Position numbers and translations under genes: made by a program
Part shown: positions 57,267-64,000 of the stretch, one piece after another
Numbering within the stretch: position 1 is the first letter of the stretch
Layout: each line of letters opens with the position of its first letter
Assembly: GCA_030690305.1 (NCBI GenBank)
Contig: JAUYHB010000027.1
Span: 79,670-143,669, forward strand
DNA from: a bacterium
GTDB taxonomy: Bacteria > Patescibacteriota > Minisyncoccia > Phycocordibacterales > JAGLPS01
DNA length: 64,000 nt
Direction of reading: 5' to 3'
The notes under the pieces: model-generated
Databases searched by the model: none
What the model saw: only the letters and a program-made list of their open reading frames with translations
What the model was told of the DNA's origin: nothing

Positions 57267-57525
57267 AAGAGAAATCGGCACTCCGGCAGACTTCAAGAGA
57301 TTCTCTCGGCTTCCCGGAGAACTTACAGAAAGACTGGAAGAAAATTTCCTTGATGAGTTTCGTCAGGGAGACCAGATACTTTTAAACAAAATTGCGGCTG
57401 AAGACCGAAAAGTCCTTATCGGGAAATTGATAAGATTTTTGACGGGCGGGATTTTACTCGCTCTTCTTCTCGCTCTCTTTTTAAACACCGTCGTAGACCC
57501 TCTTTTGCGTTTTGTTGTCAGTTAA
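57217..57525 (+). CDS. Small membrane-anchored hypothetical protein (~102 aa); overlaps the previous ORF by 50 nt in another frame
   Basis: SD GAGGAGGG 4 nt upstream of the ATG. C-terminal TM GGILLALLLALFL. Confidence 0.35.
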   Translation: MLKTVDKKMQDYYNAYRREIGTPADFKRFSRLPGELTERLEENFLDEFRQGDQILLNKIAAEDRKVLIGKLIRFLTGGILLALLLALFLNTVVDPLLRFVVS

Positions 57526-57528
57526 AAG

Positions 57529-57565
57529 CCGTGAGTTTGTAAACTCACGGCTTTTTTGTTTTTCC
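57529..57565 (+). terminator. Rho-independent terminator
   Basis: AAGCCGTGAGTTT-gtaa-ACTCACGGCTT followed by TTTTGTTTTT. Confidence 0.6.
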
Positions 57566-57607
57566 TATTTTTTCATTTCTTCCCGTTGAAGTGATTATGA
57601 ACGTCTT

Positions 57608-58693
57608 TTACTCTTCCTCCCTGTCGGGCTTTTCCAAAGTCAAAACTTCTATGCCCGGGCTTTTCTCGGTAATACGTAAAACGTCTTTATCAATTTTTCC
57701 GAGTTCTTTGTATGCTTTGTTGTAATGGTTAACCGTTGTGCCAAGCGTGTTGCCCATAGCCGAAAAATACTGCTCATAGGCACCGATATGCTTACCTAAA
57801 TCCGCTACTCGCTTGATTATGTCTTTTGCCGTCTCTTCAATCTGAAGCGCGTGAAGGCCTTGAAGAACAGTCTGAAGATACGCAAAAAAAGATGTGGGGG
57901 AAACAATGATGACGTGCTTTTCTTTGAAAGCGTATTCGATAAGGTCGCGGGTATTTACTTTCGTGGCGCCTACTTCGTTTACAAGCAAGTCGTAATACAC
58001 AGCCTCATGAGGAATAAACATGAAAGCAAAATCCATAGTATTCTCGGACGGCTTTATATATTTCGAAGTCTCGTCAATGCGATTTTTCAAATCCCCTTTA
58101 AAGAGTTTTTCCAGTTCACCACGCCGTGTCGGGTCTTTTTCCTCCGTTAGACGGTTATAATTTTCCAATGAAAATTTTGAGTCTATGGGGATAATTTTTT
58201 CTTTAACAAAGACTACAGCGTCTACAACCGTGTCATCTTTGAATTTGTACTGCATCTGGTAATCCTTCGGCGCTAAAACGTTCTCAAGAAGCGTCTTTAG
58301 AAAGTATTCTCCGAGTATCCCCCGCTGTTTTGGATTTTTCAGAACATCCTGAAGCGATTTAAGCTGGTCGGCAAAAGAAACGACTTGGCGGTTGGTTTCA
58401 TCAAGCCGAGTGAGTTTCTCGGTCACATCGCGGATTATCTTCGCCGAACTCTCGCTTGTGCGGTGCAGAGAGTCCGTCATTTGGCGCGAGTTTTCCAGAA
58501 GTTTCCCGTCCACAGTTTGTGTGAGTTCGGACTGCCGGCGCGTGAGTTCGTTCATCTGCTCGAGAATGAGTTTGAGGCCGGTGTCGTTGCCTTCTTTCTC
58601 CTGAGGTTTTCTGCCTAGAAAAAACCACAGTAAAAAACCGTTTAAAACGAGTATGGCAATACCGATAAAAATAAGAACTCCCGTCTGAGACAT
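57608..58693 (-). CDS. rmuC: DNA recombination protein RmuC
   Basis: N-terminal TM, long coiled coil, C-terminal RmuC nuclease-like domain. Confidence 0.6.
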   Translation of the reverse strand: MSQTGVLIFIGIAILVLNGFLLWFFLGRKPQEKEGNDTGLKLILEQMNELTRRQSELTQTVDGKLLENSRQMTDSLHRTSESSAKIIRDVTEKLTRLDETNRQVVSFADQLKSLQDVLKNPKQRGILGEYFLKTLLENVLAPKDYQMQYKFKDDTVVDAVVFVKEKIIPIDSKFSLENYNRLTEEKDPTRRGELEKLFKGDLKNRIDETSKYIKPSENTMDFAFMFIPHEAVYYDLLVNEVGATKVNTRDLIEYAFKEKHVIIVSPTSFFAYLQTVLQGLHALQIEETAKDIIKRVADLGKHIGAYEQYFSAMGNTLGTTVNHYNKAYKELGKIDKDVLRITEKSPGIEVLTLEKPDREEE

Positions 58694-58730
58694 AGCGTCA
58701 TTATAGCAAAAATAGTATATTAGAAGGCAT

Positions 58731-59183
58731 ATGTTACACCAAGCAATACGGGGAAAGATGACTGAGGCAATGCGCGCAAAAGACGAAGTGCGTCTTCTGA
58801 CCTATCGCGGACTTATCGCCGCGTGTACCAACGAACTTGTCGCCAAGCGCCGCAAGCCCGACGAAATGCTTACCGATGAAGAAGTGCTCGCTGTTGTTTC
58901 GCGTGGAATTAAACAGCGCAAAGACTCCATTGAACAATTTACAAAAGGCGGACGCCCTGAATTGGCCGCAAGCGAGGAAGCGGAAATGAAAATTCTTGCC
59001 GAATTCCTTCCGCCCCAAATGTCCAAGGACGAGATTAAAATTGTTGCCGAAAAGAAAAAGGCGGAACTTGGCATGACCGACAAAGCGAAGGCCGGAATGC
59101 TTATGGGCGCCGTCATGAAAGAACTAAAAGGCAAAGCTGATGGAGGTGATGTGAAGGAAGTTATTGACGCTCTTTTCTCTTAG
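58731..59183 (+). CDS. GatB/YqeY-domain protein
   Basis: TEAMRAKDEVRLLTYRGLIAA...GMLMGAVMKELKGKADGGDVKEVIDALF. Confidence 0.7.
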   Translation: MLHQAIRGKMTEAMRAKDEVRLLTYRGLIAACTNELVAKRRKPDEMLTDEEVLAVVSRGIKQRKDSIEQFTKGGRPELAASEEAEMKILAEFLPPQMSKDEIKIVAEKKKAELGMTDKAKAGMLMGAVMKELKGKADGGDVKEVIDALFS

Positions 59184-59189
59184 GTTCGA

Positions 59190-59217
59190 TTGACAGAGCG
59201 GGTTTGAGGAGTACTAT
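59190..59217 (+). promoter_or_regulatory. Sigma70-like promoter (TTGACA-16-TACTAT)
   Basis: Seen directly upstream of the 59264 gene. Confidence 0.35.
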
Positions 59218-59263
59218 TTCCCTCAGACATTTTGCTCCACATACAGAACAAAAGGAGGTAGAA

Positions 59264-59485
59264 ATGGTTACTGCGCAAGACCAAGATTTTTACAACCTGT
59301 ATCGCCTATTAGGATGCAGCTCTTCCGTATTCAGAGAGATATTTCACGGGTTTTCTCCCCAAGATATCAAGTGGATGGAGAAAAATTACCGAGCGAACGA
59401 AAGACAACTGAAAATCGCTCATAGAGCCTGGTGGGAAAAATGGAAGTGCGAGAAAATAACCGACGTTTCCCCTTGTTGCGGCTAG
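59264..59485 (+). CDS. Small Cys/Trp-rich hypothetical protein (~73 aa)
   Basis: SD AAAGGAGG before the ATG. MVTAQDQDFYNLYRLLGCSS...KWKCEKITDVSPCCG. Confidence 0.35.
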   Translation: MVTAQDQDFYNLYRLLGCSSSVFREIFHGFSPQDIKWMEKNYRANERQLKIAHRAWWEKWKCEKITDVSPCCG

Positions 59486-59646
59486 ACCGCGTTTTAAGAG
59501 CCCTGAATGGCAGGGCTCTTTTTTGTTATCAACAGGCCTATATAGATGGTTGACTTTTGGGGCAAATTGTGATACTATATTGACAGGATACGTATTTTGT
59601 TACTTTTACATATATACGGCTCAGTACTTTCAAAAGGAGGCGAAAG

Positions 59647-59964
59647 ATGGTTACAACCACCCTTCCCATCATTAAGGAGCCGGGAACATTGGCAACAGAA
59701 GCAGTGGCGAAGTTCCGCAAAAACAAAAACGCAGGCATTCCAATCACATTGGAATCCGCTGTTAATTTTGTTCTTCTTCTCAACCAGGGTCAGACAATAT
59801 CCGACCCGTACAATGAACTGTCGAAAACAGTTCTCACCCTTGCATATCGACAATGCAACGGTAACCGACATAGAAGAAAAGAACAACAAATGCGTCTTGA
59901 TTTGCAGAAAACTTCCCCATTCCTTCCGCCACCTCGCCAGTGGTTTCCCTACGCGAACGATTAA
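59647..59964 (+). CDS. Hypothetical protein (105 aa)
   Basis: SD AAAGGAGG before the ATG. Confidence 0.35.
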   Translation: MVTTTLPIIKEPGTLATEAVAKFRKNKNAGIPITLESAVNFVLLLNQGQTISDPYNELSKTVLTLAYRQCNGNRHRRKEQQMRLDLQKTSPFLPPPRQWFPYAND

Positions 59965-60093
59965 GTTCGTTCCCTCCCCCTAAAAGAGCGAAAACCATAA
60001 AACGTTTCCGCTCTTTTTCTTTTAAAAAACAAATGGGTGCTATAATTTTTTAAGAAACGTTCTTCACATACAGAAAAAAGAAAGGAGGAAACC

Positions 60094-61200
60094 ATGCGTC
60101 TGCCGGGACTAAAAATCAAGAATTTTGATTTAAAAAATTGTATTTTTCAAGGCGGAATGGGAGTTGGAATATCTCTCTACCCGCTCGCCGGTAGTGTCGC
60201 AAAGGAAGGTGGACTTGGAATAATTTCAAGCGCCGGACTCGACACTGTAGTATCAAGCCGTGACAGAAAAAAACTTGATACATACAATGCAGTGCGTACC
60301 GAAATAGAACTCGCAAAAAATTCAGCCGGAAACAGCGGCGCCATCGGCATTAATGTCATGTGCGCACTCATTGGTAGTTATGAAAATACTATCCGCGGGG
60401 CAATTGACGCCGGGGCAGATGCGATTATTTCCGGTGCGGGATTTCCACTCGGTCTCCCGAGTATTACACCGCCCAAACACACCGCCCTTATTCCGATAGT
60501 TTCCTCGGCACGAGCCCTGAAAATTATTGTGGAGCGCTGGGAACGATTTCACTATCGGCCCGATGCGGTTGTTTTGGAAGGGCCTTTAGCCGGTGGCCAT
60601 CTCGGTTTCAAAATGAATGAGGTGGAAAATGCAGAGTTTGCGTTGGAACTTCTTTTACCTCCGGTATTGGATGTCACACACAAACATGGCGACTTTCCTG
60701 TTATTGTTGCCGGCGGGATTTATACGCATGAAGATATTTTGAAATTTTTGGCGATAGGTGCCAAGGGCGTACAGATCGCAACTCGTTTTCTGGCAACCTA
60801 TGAAAGTTCCGCGACAGACGCATACAAGCAAGCCGTAATCTCCGCGGGTATGGACGACATAATCGTCGTTGCGTATCCGGATTCCGTTCCGGCTTCACCG
60901 TGTATGCTCCCGTTCAGAATATTGAAGCACTCGCCAATGTACACACATGCGCGGAAGCCAAAATGTAACAGAGGATATCTTCTTCGGCGCGGTACGGACG
61001 GGAAATTATCCGTCTGCCAAGCAATGCCGGGACATCCGAAAAATAATTCTTTTCTTTGTCTCTGTAATGGATTAATTAGTTCAGCTGGATATGCTCCGGA
61101 AGAATTTCCTCTCTACACCGTTGGGGCAAACGCCTACCGAGTAGACAGGATTCTCTCGGTTAAAGAGCTCATGGATGAGCTAACAAACCGTTGCTTCTGA
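60094..61200 (+). CDS. Nitronate monooxygenase / 2-nitropropane dioxygenase (NMO, FabK-like) family oxidoreductase
   Basis: 368 aa. GGMGVGIS and a TIM-barrel FMN-binding pattern. C-terminal Cys-rich tail. Confidence 0.55.
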   Translation: MRLPGLKIKNFDLKNCIFQGGMGVGISLYPLAGSVAKEGGLGIISSAGLDTVVSSRDRKKLDTYNAVRTEIELAKNSAGNSGAIGINVMCALIGSYENTIRGAIDAGADAIISGAGFPLGLPSITPPKHTALIPIVSSARALKIIVERWERFHYRPDAVVLEGPLAGGHLGFKMNEVENAEFALELLLPPVLDVTHKHGDFPVIVAGGIYTHEDILKFLAIGAKGVQIATRFLATYESSATDAYKQAVISAGMDDIIVVAYPDSVPASPCMLPFRILKHSPMYTHARKPKCNRGYLLRRGTDGKLSVCQAMPGHPKNNSFLCLCNGLISSAGYAPEEFPLYTVGANAYRVDRILSVKELMDELTNRCF

Positions 61201-61216
61201 TTCTAGAGGCAACGGT
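61184..61216 (+). terminator. Rho-independent terminator overlapping the NMO stop
   Basis: AACCGTTGC...GCAACGGTT followed by T8. Confidence 0.55.
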
Positions 61217-61247
61217 TTTTTTTATTCAAAAAGAAAATTTAAGTTTG

Positions 61248-62135
61248 CTACCAACTTCCCGAGGAACCACCGCCCCCGGAAGAACCTCCTCCGAATCCTC
61301 CAAAGCTACCACCGGAACCGGAGGAACCTCCTCCCCCTCCAATCCACCACGGGTAAGAACGGCCTGATGATAAATTACGCTTATAGGTGCTTGAAACTAT
61401 AAAATCGAAAAATAAGCCGAAAAAGACAAGGGAGAGAAAAGCCAGAATGCCCGTGTAGAAAAACCCAAAGAATATTCCAACGATAATACCGATAATTCCA
61501 CCAACTACGCCCCCGCCCCACCACGACTTTGAGCGGGCAAGCACAGAGCCCAGATACACAAAGGAAAAGAAAATTACAAAAGCCCAGTTGAAAATGGCGT
61601 CGAAATTGACGTTCGTGCCCACTTCCGCGGTGGCCGCCTGTTCCTCGCCCGTTATAACACGTTGCATCCTGTCGGTCGCCGCGCTGATGCCACCATAGTA
61701 GTCGCCGTTTTTAAACGCCGGCGTCAGGATTTTGCTCATTATGTAAAAACTTTCGGCATCGGTTAATACAGGCTCAAGGCCGTATCCGACTTCAATGCGC
61801 ATCTTATGGTCTTCAAAAGCGATAAGAAGCAAGACACCGTTGTCCGCCCCCTTCTTGCCTATGTTCCATTCATCAAACAATTCTACGGCGTAATTTTCAA
61901 CAGTGTCGCCGTCAAGATTGGGAATCGTTACTACCGCGATTTCATTGCCTGTGTTTTGCTCGAATGCCGTCAATTGCGCGGAAAGCGTTTGTTCGTCCTC
62001 TTGGCTTAGAACGTGCGCAAAGTCGTTCACAAACCCGAGCGGCGTTCCCGGACTTGTATACGCGAACACAAAAATCGGAACGAGAACGAAACCCGCTATC
62101 AAGGCGGCTTTTTTGATGTGGGGAAAAATGTTCAT
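61248..62135 (-). CDS. TPM-domain protein with Gly-rich C-terminal tail
   Basis: Start taken at the internal MNIFPH (signal/TM). C-terminus SGSGGSFGGFGGGSSGGGGSSGSW. Confidence 0.5.
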   Translation of the reverse strand: MNIFPHIKKAALIAGFVLVPIFVFAYTSPGTPLGFVNDFAHVLSQEDEQTLSAQLTAFEQNTGNEIAVVTIPNLDGDTVENYAVELFDEWNIGKKGADNGVLLLIAFEDHKMRIEVGYGLEPVLTDAESFYIMSKILTPAFKNGDYYGGISAATDRMQRVITGEEQAATAEVGTNVNFDAIFNWAFVIFFSFVYLGSVLARSKSWWGGGVVGGIIGIIVGIFFGFFYTGILAFLSLVFFGLFFDFIVSSTYKRNLSSGRSYPWWIGGGGGSSGSGGSFGGFGGGSSGGGGSSGSW

Positions 62136-62136
62136 G

Positions 62137-62691
62137 CTAGAACTGAACCTGCGGAGCAGTGTCGGAACCGGATACGGATTCAAAGTATGCGTGTTCAATA
62201 AAGCCCGTAATTTTCGCGATAAGGCTAGAGGGCAGGGTTTTTACTTTCAGATTGTACACCTGCACCGCGTCGTTGAATCGTTTGCGCTCGGTGCTGATGC
62301 GATTTTCCGTTCCTTCAAGCTGCGCCATGAGCGTCTGCACGTTCTCGGCCGATTTCAATTGCGGATAATTTTCAACGACAACCAGAAGGCGTCCGAGAGC
62401 CGATTCAACTTCCCCCGCAGCTGCCGCTTTTTCATCCGTAGTCTGCGCGCCGGAGTAACGGGTACGTGCCTCGGCAATGGCCGTGAAGATTGTTTGCTCC
62501 TGTTGCATTATGCCCTTGACGGATTCCACCAAGTTCGGAATCAAATCAAATCTTCGCTGGTACTGCGTTTCTACCTGCGCCCACTGGTTATTAACCACTT
62601 CGTTTGAAGTAACAAGACCATTGTACGTCATAAAACCATACGCTCCCAAAACAACTGCCAAAACTAAAATTATTAAAAGTGTGTTTTTCAT
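62137..62691 (-). CDS. lemA: LemA family protein
   Basis: N-terminal TM plus NEVVNNQWAQVETQYQRRFDLIPNLVE, characteristic of LemA. Confidence 0.65.
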   Translation of the reverse strand: MKNTLLIILVLAVVLGAYGFMTYNGLVTSNEVVNNQWAQVETQYQRRFDLIPNLVESVKGIMQQEQTIFTAIAEARTRYSGAQTTDEKAAAAGEVESALGRLLVVVENYPQLKSAENVQTLMAQLEGTENRISTERKRFNDAVQVYNLKVKTLPSSLIAKITGFIEHAYFESVSGSDTAPQVQF

Positions 62692-63212
62692 GATGAGATT
62701 TTATAACGATTAGGTGGAAAATTCAAATGGGAATCGGCTATCTGTATCTGTATGGTCACGGATAATTCAATTGCCGTCGTAATTGAATTTCCTCGACCCC
62801 ACGGGGAATCGGTCACGCCTAATTTTCTGCTAAAAATCTTGCCTCACAGGTTTTCGCCTACTGGCAAAACCCGCGAGCCCACCTCCTTCACCTTCGTTCA
62901 GTCCGGTCTTGCACCGCTTCCAGTTGTCGCGGTTCACCCCACCTCGCGCCGTCGCGCTCCGTCTTTCGATTATCTCTCCCAGAGATTCATGTGCCGACAT
63001 AAAAGCCCGCATAAAGCGGACATTATGTTGGCATGAGCCCAGAGAGCTTAGGATGGAACACCTTGGAAACCATGGTACTTCGATGGAAGCAGGTGTTTCA
63101 GACAATTGATCCTAGCTACTTGGTACCTCAATTAAACCATGTTTTATAGCCATTTTGCAAAAAGTATCCTCACCGTAATACTTACCTCAATGGTAGTAGA
63201 ACAAGACACATA

Positions 63213-63965
63213 TCAGGGCATATCGAGGCCGAACTCATTGACGTAATCTCGAATGTTTCGGTTCTTGTCAGCAAGCTCTTTTTCGAAAGTAGAGATTTTA
63301 TCGAGCAGACGCTTCTCGTTTACTGATGTTGCCATGGTCTTCGCTTCCCCTAGGAGTTTACGTGCTCGTCGAAACCGATTAAACGTTCTTAGCTTTACGG
63401 CGAGGTTGTAGAGGGTGTGTGCTTGTTCGGATTTCATGCCGGCTAACTCAAATTCTATGATAGCCCTCTCGAAATACTGAATACATTTATCTCTGGATTC
63501 ATCTATTTTGAGACGAACATCTCTCCCATAGAGATATCTATCGAGGTTCCATCGCCTTACAAGATAGAGGTTAGCTATTTTGCTTTTGTACTTGCCGCCA
63601 TCTTGAAAGTCGAGTTTGTCTGCTAGGTACTTTGAGCTATAAGCGTCCCCGATAGTCGAAAGCTGGTGGCCTCTAAAATTATGATCCGGTGATTTCTCCG
63701 CGCCTTCAATGACAGCCGCCAACGTTGAATTTATCTCTTGCTCGAGTTCTTTCCGACGCTTACCAATCTCCTCATACTCTGTTTTGTCTCTTTCAAGCGA
63801 AAAATCAATCCAACCAAAAACACGGGCAGACAATACGAGATTTTTTTGTCTGTAAATTAACATTGATAAATCCGACATCAAAAAGAAACACTTCTTGCCT
63901 AAAAAGTAGTTTCGCATAGTCGCATTGTTGCTTCTTGTTGCAAGGTCGATTCCTTCATTTGCCAC
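63213..63965 (-). CDS. Hypothetical protein (250 aa), helical/TPR-like
   Basis: ORF only. Confidence 0.3.
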   Translation of the reverse strand: MANEGIDLATRSNNATMRNYFLGKKCFFLMSDLSMLIYRQKNLVLSARVFGWIDFSLERDKTEYEEIGKRRKELEQEINSTLAAVIEGAEKSPDHNFRGHQLSTIGDAYSSKYLADKLDFQDGGKYKSKIANLYLVRRWNLDRYLYGRDVRLKIDESRDKCIQYFERAIIEFELAGMKSEQAHTLYNLAVKLRTFNRFRRARKLLGEAKTMATSVNEKRLLDKISTFEKELADKNRNIRDYVNEFGLDMP

Positions 63966-63967
63966 AG

Positions 63968-64000
63968 CTAGGAGTTTGTCATTCTCCGTAACATGATCGA
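63968..64000 (-). CDS. C-terminal end of a gene continuing beyond the window end
   Basis: Open minus-strand frame ending in TAG at 63968-63970, 2 nt before the next gene's start. Confidence 0.25.
   Translation of the reverse strand, partial: SIMLRRMTNS

Overview
This 64-kb window appears to come from a moderately AT-rich bacterium with a diderm-like envelope (it encodes a TraT lipoprotein, a BamE-like lipoprotein and a PEP-CTERM protein). It splits into three parts.

(1) Positions 1-29.2 kb form an accessory/defence/mobile island encoded almost entirely on the minus strand. It holds a Type III R-M operon (C-protein-like HTH, Mod, Res) followed directly by a PHP+ATPase (Ppl-like) gene that runs off the window start. 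Next comes a ~620-nt GC-rich stretch with no coherent ORF, a likely structured ncRNA, closed by a perfect 19-bp hairpin. A low-GC C39-like peptidase gene follows, then an envelope/secreted block: EEP nuclease, LRAT-like protein, PEP-CTERM esterase, TraT surface-exclusion homologue and BamE-like lipoprotein. After that lies a candidate defence locus of a PD-(D/E)xK protein, a wH+TM protein and a 1283-aa STAND NTPase with an N-terminal Mrr-like nuclease motif (Avs-like). The island ends with a large serine recombinase operonic with a 1024-aa FtsK/HerA-superfamily ATPase and a membrane protein.

(2) Positions 30-34.3 kb are gene-poor and dense in perfect hairpins and terminators. They contain a 34-aa hydrophobic peptide ORF whose SD is buried in a 15-bp perfect stem downstream of a consensus promoter (type-I-toxin-like), a truncated SLT-domain gene, a PspC-domain gene and two paralogous mini membrane proteins.

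(3) Positions 34.3-64 kb are core-like. They carry an ECF sigma / anti-sigma / MacAB-type efflux operon, peptidoglycan hydrolases (M23, two tandem M14 paralogues, GH18) and a NERD+DEDDh exonuclease pair. Also present are rpmA, rplI, ctpA-like, corA, cysS, dnaB, recR, rplU, rmuC, GatB/YqeY, NMO, TPM and LemA.

No CRISPR array, rRNA or clear tRNA was seen. All calls are from manual reading of the ORF track and sequence; no database searches were run.
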